From: Felis catus
Lineage: Eukaryota
Assembly: GCF_018350175.1 (NCBI RefSeq)
Contig: NC_058368.1
Coordinates: 216,692,001 to 216,756,000 of the forward strand
Reading direction: 5' to 3'
DNA length: 64,000 bases
Below the pieces are notes generated by a model. It saw only the letters and a program-made list of their open reading frames with translations. It had not been told where the DNA came from and ran no database searches. Shown here piece by piece: positions 37,172-49,816 of this stretch (within the stretch, counting starts at the first letter, position 1; the number at the start of each line of letters is the position of its first letter). A program made the translations under genes and the position numbers.

Positions 37172-37698
37172 CGGTATAATAAATTTTATATGCCAACTTG
37201 ACTAGGTCGTGAGTTATTTCAGATATTGGGCCACATACTATTTCTGGTGTGCCTCTGAAGGTGCTTCCTGATGAGATTTACAATTCAATCAGTGAGCTCA
37301 GTAAAGCAGATTGCCCCCCTAGTGTGGGTGGGGAGCATTTAATCCACTGAGGGCCTGAATAGAGCAAAATGTGGAGGAAGGGAGAATTCACGTTTTTTTC
37401 TGCCTGACTGATTGAGCTGTGGTATCAGTCTTCTGAGCTCAGATTGGGATTTAAAGCATCAGCTTCTCTGGTTCTTAGGACTTTGAGGGTTTAAGGACTT
37501 TGGGGTTCTCTTGGACTCGGACTACATTTCACAACTGGCTTTCCTTGGGTTAACTGCTTGCAGAGAACAGATTGTGGGATTCTCAGCCTCCATAATCACA
37601 TGAGCTAAGTCTTTATGATAATCTCTTTCTCTACATGTATCCTATTGGTTCTGTTTTGTTCTGTTTTGTTTTGTTTCTGGAGAATCCTAACTACTACA
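37172..37698 (+). repeat. ERV-L 5' LTR (MLT2-type)
   Basis: AATTTTATATGCCAACTTGAC start; ends CCTATTGGTTCTGTT...CTGGAGAATCCTAACTACTACA; homologous to 43606-44126. Confidence 0.92.
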
Positions 37699-37703
37699 GA
37701 TTT

Positions 37704-37721
37704 TGGTGCCAAGAGCGGTTC
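37704..37721 (+). promoter_or_regulatory. Primer binding site, tRNA-Leu-like
   Basis: TGGTGCCAAGAGCGG.. located 5 nt after the LTR; resembles TGGTGTCAGGAGTGGG (complement of the tRNA-Leu 3' end). Confidence 0.7.
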
Positions 37722-37869
37722 TAGAGGAACAAAATGTTAATGGTGAGCTTTTTGAAGTGGTCACAGTTTCTAGAACAGATGTTCTGAGTAGAGTTAAAGA
37801 TGTTAATGTCTTTAAGTAGCAAAGAAAGCACTGATCATCAATGTCAAAGTCTAACAATAGAAATATGCA

Positions 37870-39400
37870 AAATGCACTGGATGCCACTAATTAATTATAA
37901 GAGGCAAGGAGCTTGGTGACTTTCTATATAACACTTTTGAAGATTTTTAGAAAACTAATATAAAGGGGTTGGCTGGTTGCCCCTAATGTCACTGAACAAA
38001 GTGGTTCAAGATAAGAATGAGTTCAGGGATTAAAATTCCCAGGTAAAGCACCAGTAAATGATCTAAGAGCTTCTATGTGTGCCTTGAAGATCTTTATCTC
38101 TTATAGCAACATGGTTGAGACTGCTAAATACAACATGCAAAATGTCAGCCCAAGACTAGCTGAATGACAGTACAAGTTGAACTATTTAAGTAAGGGCATT
38201 GATTGGGAAAGAATGAGATCCTTCCAACTGGGATGGAGATTTATGGAAAGACTCTGATGAAGCTAAAGACATTAAGTCCCTAAATTCTGATGAGTCTTCT
38301 TTGCCAGTGGAAGAAGGCTCCCTACCCTCAATAGAATAGGCCTCCCCACCATCAGAAATGGTGTCCTAGCTTCCAATAGTATCAGCCTCTCCACCCTTCT
38401 CAGAGGGAATTAACCCTGTATTCAATGAAGAAACTGTAATGGCCCCTCCTGAGGCAGTTACCTTGCAGGACAATGCATATTCTGCCCAAGATCCACCCCT
38501 TGTTACCCTTCTTTGTTTTTCAACCTTTCATTTTGGACTTCATTCTCAGGAGGCCCTTAAAGATGAAGTACAGAGTGTGACCCATACGGAGTTGTACTTC
38601 TTTCCAAAATAACTTAAGTTTTCAAATATAGAGGTAGAAAACCAGAGAATATATGTGGCCATGGTATGTTCCTGGAAAGAACATAAAGTTGGATCACACA
38701 GAACGTATTGACATGAGCTCACTTGGCAGAGATCCTGTATTTCATATGGCAGTTCTCTAAGTTAGAAGGGCTGTCACTATTTGTTTGCCCGGGTGACTGA
38801 AACATGGGCCAAAAGGTGAGCAAATCAGAAGTTTCAGACCTGCCTTGCTTTGATGTAGAGAAAGAGATTCAGCCTAGTGAGTTTGGAAAGTTTGAGCTGA
38901 TTTGTCATCTAAGACCTACTTGACCACACTGGAAAGAGCCAGGAAACATACATTTTACCACGACAAAGATAAATGATTGTATGAGGGGATCAAGTCCCAG
39001 AATCTTTGAAGAACTCTATCATCACCCTTCTCTGCAGGCCAGACCTCAAGGTGGTAACTGTAGTCACTGAATTGGGACACCTGAATGAAACAGAACCATC
39101 TAGATCCCTAGGTGTCAGGGGCTAAGTAGTGGCACTCAAATACCATAGGCAAGGTAAATGCGATTTACCATAATAGCAGAGTCAAAACAGAAATCAAAAT
39201 AGTCTGCTGTCACAGATCTATGGCATTTGATAGTTGATCATGGTGTCTCAAGAAGCAAAAAGCCTACTAAATTATTACTTAACCCATGTAAAGCAGTGAA
39301 GTTCTATTCCAAATGAACAAAAGTCTAATCTGAATTATAAAAACAAAGCCATGACCCCTGATTTGAGCCAGTTCACAGACCCAAAACTCCTTGAAAGAGG
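37870..39400 (+). pseudogene. gag: ERV-L gag remnant
   Basis: From 38190 translates VRALIGKE*DPSNWDGDLWKDSDEA, matching ERV-L Gag VRALIGKEWDP..W.GDVWED; GWL..MSL.KVV at about 37971; many stops and frameshifts. Confidence 0.85.
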
Positions 39401-41285
39401 GGGAGGCCGGGTCCTTTAGAGAAAGGACATCATTAAACCGACAAAAATTTATACTGTTAATCTTTCTTCTAGCCTTTGCCAAGGACACCTACAGACCTTA
39501 CCAAGGACACTGTGCACTGGGAAAAATGAAATAATCAGAACTTTCAAGAACTACTGGACATTATAACTAACATTAAGTCCAAGAGACCCAAAACATCACT
39601 GTGGCCCACTAATCAGAGTAGGGCCTGAAAGCAGTAATAAGTGGAGTTTTAGCTCAAGTTCATCTCAGAGTGGGCCCAGTGGTTTCCAAGACCCATTTTG
39701 TGGTCTACCCTCTCGTAATTCCAGAATGTGGAAATGAACAGACACTCAGCAGCTGACAGAATGCTATATTGTTTCCTTGATCTGTGCAGTGAGACCCATT
39801 ATTGTGAGAAGGAACATGGAAGCCACTAGGGTTTCCTCTACCATATATATGATTTCAACCACATTTCCATTCAATGCACCCATTTAGCCAGTGCAGAAGA
39901 AAAATGAAATTTGGAGAATGACAGTAGGTTTAACCAGGTGGCAACTACCATTGCAGTTGCTATACCAGATATGGTCTCATGGCTTGAACAAATTAACACG
40001 TCCCTCAGTACATGGCATGTAACTAATGATCTGGCAAATGCCTTTTTGTCCCTCACTGTCAATAAGGTCAGCAGAAGCAGTTGGCTTTCATCTGATGACG
40101 CCATCAATATCACTGCCCTACCTCAGGGGTATATCAGCTCTCCAGCTCTACGTCGTAATTTGGTTTATAAGGATCTTGATCATCTTTCTCTTCCACGAGA
40201 CATCACACTGGTTCATTACATTGATGACATATTGCTGATTGGACTTAGTAAAAAGTAGCAACTACTCCAGATTTATCAGCAGGACACTTGCATGCTACCT
40301 GGTAAGAAATAGATCCAACAAAAACTCATGGCCTCCTATCTCAGGGAAATTGCAAAGGGGTGGGGAACATATGGAGTTAACCTCTCCAAGTTGAATAATC
40401 AGTTATTGCATATGGCCCTTCCTACAGCCAAACAACAACACCAACAAAAAATAGGAATAATGTCTAGTGGACCTCTTTGATTTTTGCAGGCAACATAGTC
40501 TTCATTTGAGCATGTTACTCTGCTCATTAACTGAGTGACCAGAGAAGCTGCTAGTAGGGGGACCCTGCAAGAGATCTATACGGCTGTGTTCGCGGTTCTG
40601 CCACCAGGCCATAGGATTCAGCCGATCCAGTGGTGGAAGTAGCAGTTGCAGATACAGCTGTTATTTGGACTTTGGGCAAACACTTATAGATGAATAATAG
40701 CTCAGGCCCTTAGGAGTTTAGATCAAAATGTGCCACCCTCTGCAGATAAGTACTCTCCCTTTGAAAAATATCTCTTGACCCGTTACTATTCCTTAGTAAG
40801 ATTGAATACTGACCAGGAAGCATCCAGTTGCTATGCAACCTGAGCTGCTCATCCTGATGATCACACCCGGATTCCTGGGTTAGCTGGCCCATCAAGCCAA
40901 AAAGTAGGAGCAGCACTCCATCATCAAAGGGAAGCTCTGTATATGTGATCAGACCCAACCAGTCTCTGAAGACACAAGTAAATTACATAAACACGTGTCC
41001 CAAATATCGACGGATCCTTACTTCTGCTATCAGACCTCTCCCCTAGCCTACAAGCATGGTCCCGTGGGAATTTCTCTTTGATCAGTTGGCAGAGGAAGAA
41101 AATACTCCAGCCTGGTTCAAAAAGGGTTCTGTGTGACCTGTATACACCATCTAAACATGAACAGCTGCAGTACTGTAGCCCATTTCTGGGACACCCCTCA
41201 AGAACAATGATGGAAGTAAATTCCCAGAGTGAAGAAATTTTAAGCAGGACACTGGATGTTTACTTTCCTTGAAAGGATAAATGGT

Positions 41286-41398
41286 GGGACGCCTGGGTGG
41301 CTTAGTTGGTTAAGTGTCCAACTTTGGCTCAGGTCATGATCTCACGGTGGTCAGGCTCAGTGCTGACAGCTCAGAGCCTGGCACTTGCTTCAGATTCT

Positions 41399-41435
<37 letters not shown>

Positions 41436-41492
41436 CCTCCTCTGCTCACACTCTGTCTCTCAAAAAATGAATACACTTAAAAAAAAATTAAA
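41286..41492 (+). mobile_element. CanSINE (internally deleted) inserted in the ERV-L RNase H region
   Basis: TSD GATAAATGGT at 41276-41285 and 41493-41502. Confidence 0.95.
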
Positions 41493-42306
41493 GATAAATG
41501 GTAATACGTGGCATTATATATTGATATATATTGATTCATGGGCTATAGCCAATGGTTTAGATGAATGGTCAGGGAATTAGAATGAAAATGCTTGGAAAAT
41601 TTCTGATAAGAAAATTTGGGGAACAGATATATGGATAGACCTCTCTGAGTGGGCAAAATAAAAATGAGGTATTTTTCTCCCATGTGAATGCACACAAAAG
41701 ATTTACCTCAGCGAAGGAGAATTTTAATAATCAGATAGGATGTCCTGTCATGTGGATACCAGTCAGTTACTCTCCCCCAGATTCCTTTGTCATTGTCCAA
41801 CAGGCTCATGATCAAAGTGGCCATGGTCGCAAGAATGGAAATTACACATAGACTTAGCAACCCCATTCACAAAGGATGACCTAGCTACAGCCATCACTGC
41901 ATAACTAATCTGCCAGCATAACAGAGACCAATACTGAACCCTTGATATGACACTATTTCCCAGGATAATCAGCTTACTACCTGGTGGCAAGTTGATTACA
42001 TTGAAGTACCCCCATCATAGAAAGACTGCATTTTGTTCTCACTGGAATAGACAGCCTGGATATGGATTTGCCTTCCTTGTACACTTGGTTCTCCCAAAGC
42101 AACCGTAGTCAGACCTATAATGCCTTATCCACTTTCATTGTATTCCACACAGTATTGATTCTGAACAGAGAACTCATTTCACCACAAAAGAATTGTGACA
42201 ATGGGTCCATGCTCATGATATTCACTGTTCTCACCATGTTCCACACCATTCTGAAATAACTGGCTCGATAGAATGGTGAAATGGCCTTTTGAAGACTCAG
42301 TTACAA

Positions 42307-42519
42307 GGGGAGCCTGGGTGGTGCAGTCGGTTAAGCGTCTGACTTCAGCCAGGTCACGATCTCGCGGTCCGTGAGTTCGAGCCCCGCGTCAGGCTCTGGG
42401 CTGATGGCTCAGAGCCTGGAGCCTGTTTCCGATTCTGTGTCTCCCTCTCTCTCTGCCCCTCCCCCGTTCATGCTCTGTCTCTCTCTGTCCCCAAAAAAAT
42501 AAAATAAAAAAAAAAAACG
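42307..42519 (+). mobile_element. Young CanSINE inserted in the ERV-L integrase
   Basis: 17-bp TSD TTGAAGACTCAGTTACA at 42289-42305 and 42520-42536. Confidence 0.97.
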
Positions 42520-43590
42520 TTGAAGACTCAGTTACAGGAATAGCTAGGTGGCAATACCTTACAGAGCTAGGACAGGTTATCTACAAGGCTACATCTGCTC
42601 TGAATCAGAAACCACTATATGGTGCTCTTTCTTACATCCAAGATTCATGGGTTCAGGTGTCAAAGGATGGGAATGGGAGAAGCACTACTCAATATTAACT
42701 TTTGTGATCCACCAGCAAAATTTTTGCTTTCTGTTCCCTGACTTTATGCTCTCCTTGCCTGGACGTCTTAGTTCCAGAAGGAGGAATGATTCCTCCAGGA
42801 GACATAACAATGATTTCATTGAATTGGGAATTAAGATTGTCACTGGGACACTTTGGGTTGCTCATGCTACTGAGTCAACAGGCAAAGAAGAGAGTTACTT
42901 TGTTTTGGGAAACTGGTCATGACTACCAAGGGGAGTAGAGGTAAGGAAGAGTATACCTGGAATATAAGAAATCCCTTAGAGGATCTCTTAGTTGTATCAT
43001 GCCCTATGATTAAGGACGATGAAAAACAACAACAACTCAATCCAGACAAGGTTCCCAATGGCTCAAACCCTTCAGGAATGAAGGTTTGGGTCACCCCACC
43101 AGATAAAAAACCATGACCAGCTAAGGTGCTTGCTGAAGGCAAAGAGAATACAGAGTGGGCAGTGGAAGAAAGTAGTTATAATAAACACCAGGTATGACCA
43201 CATGGCCGGTTACAGAAACAAGGTCTGTAATTATTGAATTATTTCCTCCTTAGTTTGTTATTAATACATTTGTGTGATGTGTGTGTGTGTGTTATAAAGC
43301 AAATGTCTCTTTCTTTCCTCTCTTATTCTCCTATCATATAACATCATAGATGTTGAATTTATATTACAGTTTTTAATATTTTTAATTTTACATCATAGTA
43401 TTCAAGTTATAGCATATCAAGGAGAAGAGTGAACCTCACACAAAGACTTTGTCTCCCTTTTCTGGGTAAGGGATTAGTGCATTTTCAGTATGTAGGATGG
43501 TTATATCATGCTAGACAGAGTTATGACCTTGTTGTTGCCTTTATTTAGAAATTAAATATAGTTTAAGGAGGTGTGTGTGGGCACTCAGTT

Positions 43591-43605
43591 GATAAGAAGT
43601 AGACT
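43591..43605 (+). promoter_or_regulatory. Polypurine tract remnant
   Basis: GATAAGAAGTAGACT immediately before the 3' LTR (ERV-L-type GACAAGGGGTGGACT). Confidence 0.65.
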
Positions 43606-44026
43606 TGGGATAGTTAATTTTATGTGTCAACTTGAGCATATTACAGAGTTCCCAGTTATTTTGCTAAACATTATTTCTGGGTGTGTCTGTGAAGGTATTT
43701 CTCAATGAGATTTGCATTTAAACTTGGTGACCTCAGTAAAACAGATTACCTTTCCTGCTAAGCATAGGCATCATCCAATCCATTGAGGACCTGAATAAAA
43801 TAAAATGTGGAGGAAGGTAGAATTTATTCTTTCTTTTGCCTGACTGATCAAGCTAGGACATCAGTCTTTTCCTGACTTCAGAACGGGATTTACATGATTG
43901 ACTCCCTGTTTCCCAGGCCTTTAGACTTGAACTGAAATACAGCACTGATTTTTTTTGGTCTCCAGCTTCTAGACAGCAGAACCTGAGGTTTCTTGGGCAT
44001 TCATATTAACCTATTTCTCATAATTG

Positions 44027-44068
<42 letters not shown>

Positions 44069-44126
44069 ATCTATCTACAGATATCTCCTATTGGTTCTGT
44101 TTTTCTGGAGAACCCTGACTAATACA
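43606..44126 (+). repeat. ERV-L 3' LTR (MLT2-type) with internal (TATC)n at about 44028-44076
   Basis: TG...AATTTTATGTGTCAACTTG start; CCTATTGGTTCTGTTTTTCTGGAGAACCCTGACTAATACA end. Confidence 0.93.
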
Positions 44127-44260
44127 TACCTAAGATGCATGATAAAATGATTTTCTAGGATCTTTTCTGGAGGTTTTGATTCAGAGCATACAGAGTGGAA
44201 GTCAGAGATACATATTTTAAATAAGTACTTAAGGCCATTTTTACCATCACTGTTTATTCT
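44127..44260. mobile_element. MER5-like hAT remnant; its other part lies left of the provirus (about 37130-37171)
   Basis: GAGGTTTTGATTCAG..CATATTTTAAATAAG resembles MER5; the joined empty site reads AAAATTACCTAAGATGC..AAAATG. Confidence 0.5.
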
Positions 44261-45599
44261 AGTTCAGGCCTAAAAAATAAAAATAAGTGGGTTCACCTAA
44301 CAGGTTTACTTGTCAAAAAGTTGTAGTAAAATTCTATTTACTAGATATTTGAATATGTATGTGGCACTAAATCTCTATATCCATAACATAGGGGAAATTA
44401 TGCTTATTTCATAAAATTATTATAAGAATCGAATGAGAAAAAAGTGTATACTGAGGATGTAATACAAAATATTGGTTTTTGTGTAACATAGAAACCTCTT
44501 TTTCACCTCCACTTTATCACCTTATATATCTATACGTCTAACTATCCATGTGCCTACGTATCATTTATCTATCATCTATCTACTTATGTTAGAGTTTTCT
44601 AACCATAAATGACCTGATGGTGATATATATTACTAAAACAAGGAAATGCCAGAACTCCATGTAATTAAAGGTGATTCATGGCTCGATCAAAAATTAATGA
44701 ATTTACCTATTTTGTTTCTTTTTATAATAAAGAAAACCTTATTGAACAAATCTTCAAAAAAAGATGATAGAAATCAACCTTGATGCCACAACTTGGATAT
44801 AAAAATGTTAACATTTTGGATTCAAATGAGGGTTTTGTTGTTGTTGTTGTTGATTTTGCATGAATAGGTATGTGTTTATCACATTAATGTTTTATTTCAA
44901 TTTTTGCCAACGACAGAATTTCCACAACATCATTGAGCAAATGATTTTTGCTTTCCCATTAATTATAAATTCTTTTTATAACATATATTAAGTACTTACA
45001 AACTTTAAAGCTTATGTATATGTAAGTATCAATAATTATATAATACATTTATATTAATTAACATTACTTGCATCACTAACATATAAGCTATAGCTGTTAA
45101 AATATAACAGACATTTTTGCTTTATATGAAAGAATTGTTGCATATGATAAAAATTAAATGAACTAGAAACCATTAAATATATTTTCTATGTTAACAATCA
45201 AAAAGAAAAACTTCATAAATGTAAATTAATTACTCCTTGGGAAGAAATGATTCTAGCTGTCATCTAACCAAAAGCATTACTCCTATTCGTTTTCTCATTC
45301 TAAGATATAAGCAGTGCTACAGCAGATTGCAACACAAACTGCAGTTTGAAAAATATATATTATTAATTGGTTTTCGTTGGCGTTCCATTACTTCCATTTT
45401 CAAATTCTGAAGACCTATCGTCCTTGAGGGACTTTGAACCAAATAAGTCATCTTTATTATTTGACAAAAGTTTATCTCAGATTCTCTGCTTCTTCTGTAG
45501 TGAATTTTGTTCTCTTTATTTTTCTCTTTAATCTCCAATAAGAATTGTTTTCAGTATCCCATACTTTCATTCTGAAGTAGAGACCTGCTGATTATTGGC

Positions 45600-46133
45600 T
45601 AGCCTAGGAGTGATAGGTGGTCACCAAATGCTCTCAACTGCCCATTACTTACCCATTGACTTGGCTTGGCTTAAATTTAATCAGGTTTTATTTCAGATGA
45701 CACATTAGATTTGCCCCTAAATACTCTGGTTCCTCTTCAAATAGTATAAATCGTTTGCCTTTTAGGTTTGCCTCTAAGCTTAAGTAAGAAGTAAAATGCA
45801 GAACATCTTCCCCTTACAGCTCATCCTGAGAACAGACTGACTCCAGCGGGGAAAAATCTTGTTAAACATCCCTCATAATACCATCTGTTCACCCCCACCT
45901 GCTATAAAGTTCTGCTACAAAGTTCCCGCTAGCCTTACACAGTGCTACTCCTCCTTATTTAAAAAAAAAAAGAAAAAGAAAAAGAAAGGGAAAAAAAGAA
46001 AAGGAAAGAAAAAGAAAAAAGTCTTCCTTTGGTTTGCTTTTTAAACTGCAGATCTTGTGGTTACAACATTCTCCTTATGCAATAGTCTTTTTAAATAAAT
46101 CTCTCTTGAGTTAAAACTTACTGTTTATTTGAT
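45600..46133 (+). mobile_element. Probable ERV1-class solo LTR (MER34/MER39-like) with an internal A-rich tract
   Basis: TATAAA at 45903; TTCTCCTTATGCAATAGTCTTTTTAAATAAATCTCTC..TTTATTTGATA terminus; 5' boundary uncertain. Confidence 0.45.
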
Positions 46134-46389
46134 AATTACAATCTCAAATTTAGGGGAAAAATGAAGGTCAAAACGAAGATTTTGGTAGGATGAGAAGAAC
46201 TTCATAGAGAGAGAAATATATCTATTTCTAGAGAAAGACGAAGAGAGACAGAGAGAGAGAGAGAAAGGAAGAGAGAGAAAGGAAGAATGACATCTCAAAT
46301 GCCAAGATTCAAATGAGAGTCTTAGGAAAATGAAATGTGAATGTTTCATAAGTAAACATTTGCGTTGTTTCATTAGACTTTAAGCATAT

Positions 46390-46560
46390 TAATTAATTAA
46401 ATGTTCACAATAGCTTTATGTAATATGAACTATGATTATTTCATTTTTTACAAATGAGTAAAATGAGAAACAGAGAAGCTAAGTAATTTCCTCAAGGTCA
46501 CGGTTTTCAAATGAGATTGCTTGGACCTTAGCTGGCTGACTCAGGATCTCTCCTTCCAAA
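46390..46560 (-). mobile_element. MIR
   Basis: CATTTTTACAAATGAGTAAAATGAGAAACAGAGAAGCTAAGTAATTTCCTCAAGGTCAC core. Confidence 0.75.
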
Positions 46561-47879
46561 CATCACATTCTCTAATTCATTCTATTGGTGATTTAAAAAA
46601 TCCAAGTTTGAATCATAAGAGCATGGCAACTGATTATTTCTAAAATAGTACACATAAAAATGGAAGCGAATTATCAATTGAGTGCCTCAGAATCACTCTA
46701 CAAACTTTGTCTCAAGAAAAGTAAGGACATTTTGTACTTTGATGCAGCTTTCACTTCAAAGGAGAAACACAATCACCTAGTATGATTATACCTACTGTTT
46801 TGGTCAATTTTTTAGGGGATATGGAGTTGCTTTCTTACCACCATTCTAGATTTCTACATCATTGTAGATTGCCACATTGACAGTGTTATCTGCAAATTAT
46901 TAATAAGCATATTTTACTTTGCTGGAGCACTAATTCTTTTGAAATAAAACAAAAAAAATGTTCTGTATAAAATGGATGCTGGTGAAAAAGAACGACGTCG
47001 ACAAGAGCAGATGTTTCCATTTGATTCTTAATCCCCTCCTAAGTCAATTCAAATGTTCCTGACTCCCTGAAATTCCAAAAATAATTAGTGAAAAAAAGTG
47101 CTTGGAAAGACATCCAACTTTGATAATATCATAATCTTTCTCTTGAGATAAATCTGACTAAGACTGGATCTGAACAACAACTGGCAATCAGTGACACATT
47201 CTGTATTTTCATAACTTAAAATGATGTCAACTCTTTTTGTAACCAAATTTTAAAAATAGTAATTGAAAATAGCAGACATTTATTTTTTACTATTCCTTTT
47301 GTAGATTTTAGTTTAGAAAGTCAAATTAAAGTACTGAAAATCAGCTCTTATGTTCACAATTGCTTCAATTTACATAAATAGTTAACACTTATCTTTAGGA
47401 TAAATTCTCTAATATTTAAATCAGCTTACATTTTACTTTTGATTAAAATGCTTTCCTAGTTTAACATTGAACCATGTTTCTGTCTGAGCAGAAGTACCAG
47501 AGTATATCTTATACTTTATTTAAATTGATGATGTTTATTGAAAATCTTAACAGAACTGCAAACTTGGCTTACATATAATATATGACTTAGGAAAAGTAAC
47601 AAAATCATTTAATGAAAGTGATCAAAGAGCAAGAAAATTACATTTTATATCCAAAATGTACTGTTTTCTAAATCAAACCCACCCTCTAAATGTGTATGTC
47701 TAAGGATTTTTCATGTTTAAATTATTGTCCATTTTTATTTATAAAAAATTTGAAAACCTGTATGTCGTTCATTTCTTGTGACCAATTGTTAATGTTTCTG
47801 CAGTTTCCATTTCTTAGTATTTCATTATTTTTCTTGCTATCTTTCCCTGTATTAACCATTTGAAATTTGCAAACATCCT

Positions 47880-48190
47880 GGTCCTTTACACACTTTAGAA
47901 TGCCTCTCTGAAAAATACACCCTAATGATAATATAATTATTGCACCAGAGACTTAATACTGAAAATAATGCCATCTAATGTAGAGTTCCTTTTCAAATTT
48001 GCTTTTCAAATTTGTATCTTTTACACCTGTTTATTTTTGTTTATTTGCCTTTTCAATCCAAGACCCAATAAAAGTCCAAGCATTGTATTTAGTTATCATG
48101 TAACTTGAGTCTCCTTTAATATTATGTGTCTTCCCTATTATTTGTGTCCATCATGATACTGATAGTTTTGAAGAGTCCTGATGGGTTTAT
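47880..48190 (-). mobile_element. L1MC4/5-like 3' remnant
   Basis: AATCCAAGACCCAAT..CATTGTATTTAGTTATCATGT..AGTCTCCTTTAAT. Confidence 0.5.
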
Positions 48191-48705
48191 AGGTTTACCT
48201 TAACATCTTTTTTCTTAGAAGATGCCAGCATGTCTAATTCATTTCACCACTTCATGTCTTACAGAATGTATGTTAGCCCACAGAATTTTTTGGCTTTTTT
48301 CAAGGATGAGAAGGAGTCATCATTGATTTATTGCCTACAATTCACAATGTAATATTTTTATAAAAGTGTATTACTTATTTATAAATATATATATATATTA
48401 TCCATATACATATACTATATGTATTTTTGTGTGTACATATACTATATATACATACAGATAACATAGCATACACTTGGGTTTGTTTGTTTGTTTGTTTGTT
48501 TTTTCATGAATGTTCATCAGTATTTCTTTTCAGGTAAAACGTATCACCATTTTTGTTATGAGATGAATGGAGCTCAGATGTAAGCATTTTATTCAAGATC
48601 ACTTCTAAGTGGAAGCTGGGATTTTAACTCAGGCTCTTTCCGTGAAAACACACTGCTTACTCATTGGGCAGTATGCTGACAGAGAAAACCTATAAAGTAT
48701 TTCTA

Positions 48706-48976
48706 TTTTATTTTATTTTATTATATTTTATTTTATTTTATTTTTTTTAAGTTATTTATTTATTGAGAGAGAGAGAGAAAGTGCCAGTGAGGGAGGGGCA
48801 GGGAGGGAGAGAGAGAGAGAGAGAGAGAGAAGAGAGAAAGAGAGAGGGAATCCCAAACAAGTTTTGCACCATCAGTGCAGAGGCTGATACAGAGCTCGAA
48901 CTCACAAACCATGAGTCATGACCTGAGCAGAAACCAAGAGTCAGACAGAAAACCAACTGAGCCACCCAGGCATCCC
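48706..48976 (-). mobile_element. CanSINE with (TTTTA)n tail
   Basis: Antisense body; ATTTCTAT flanking repeat. Confidence 0.92.
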
Positions 48977-49816
48977 TCATTTCTATATTTTAAATCAAGG
49001 GTTCACCACGGGGGAGATGAGGTACAAAATACCATGTTAGCTGTTGGAACAAGTGAAAGTAGGTCTGGGGTTGTCCAGGAAATCCTTTCTGTTAAGCAAA
49101 TCCTGCTCGGTTAACCTTTGTCATCAATCTTTTAGAAACACTCTATTCAAAAAAGAGCAATTGTATTCACTATTTTCAGTTTGATAACCATGGTGGTATT
49201 ACTTGTTATAAGTAAATTGTCTCACGTCTGTAATGTATATAATTGAATTGAGTAAACTTTTCAGTTAGAAGTATGTCAGTGTTTATTTTAAAACTTAACA
49301 TCAATGCACGTATATTATTTATATTCTGAGGCACAAATGTACCAGAGTTAGGCCCTCTGATGAAGTGAAATAAATTTGCAACCAATGTATCCGGGACCAG
49401 AGAGTATAGAGAGTAGTCTGTAGCTAGACCTGAAGTTACTCTGACCTTGTTGAAACTTTGTTGCAGCCTGAGAAGAAAAAAAGATCAGGTGTTTCTTGGT
49501 TTCACCTTTGCTTCTGAATCCTGATATGGCTTTTTATCCAAGCTTGATAATTAAGGAATATTTTTTAAGTAGTTATTTTTTTACTTTAATTTAAAAAAAA
49601 AACTGTATATTTAAGATATACATGATTCTCTACTGTACATATATGTAGTCAAATAATTACTATGGCAAAACTCATTAGAATGCTCTCTCTCCATATAGTT
49701 ACTTTTCTTTTAATTTTTAAAGAATTTGTTGAATTTGTTGAATTTGTTTCTTCAAAAACTAGGGGGAAATGTGGCCTTCAAAATTTGTCTTAAGAACTAC
49801 AGTAAGTTGAGAATCC

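Larger units (their letters stand above)
39480..43200 (+). pseudogene. pol: ERV-L pro-pol remnant (protease, RT, RNase H, integrase, dUTPase)
   Basis: TVHWEK*NNQNFQELLDI (39509); DLANAF..LPQGYISSP..HYIDDILLIG (ORF 39911-40258); YIDSWAIANGL (about 41527); WWQVDYI (41982); GSIEW*NGLLKTQL (42262); LDVLVPEGGMIPPGDITMISLNWELRLSLGHFGLL (42759); GMKVWVTPP (about 43075). Confidence 0.93.
37172..44126 (+). mobile_element. Two-LTR endogenous retrovirus, class III ERV-L (MLT2 LTRs), coding-defective
   Basis: LTR-PBS-gag-pro-RT-RH-IN-dUTPase-PPT-LTR all recognisable in order; no env; TACC present at both outer junctions. Confidence 0.95.

Noticed and set aside
39911..40258. RT ORF with YIDD as a possible functional or domesticated reverse transcriptase
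   Set aside because: It is only a 115-aa stop-free window. The flanking pol has stops, frameshifts, deletions and SINE insertions.
43200..43590. Possible env gene between pol and the 3' LTR
   Set aside because: Only about 400 bp of AT-rich untranslated sequence; ERV-L elements lack env.
49722..49748. (GAATTTGTT)3
   Set aside because: Ordinary short slippage repeat.
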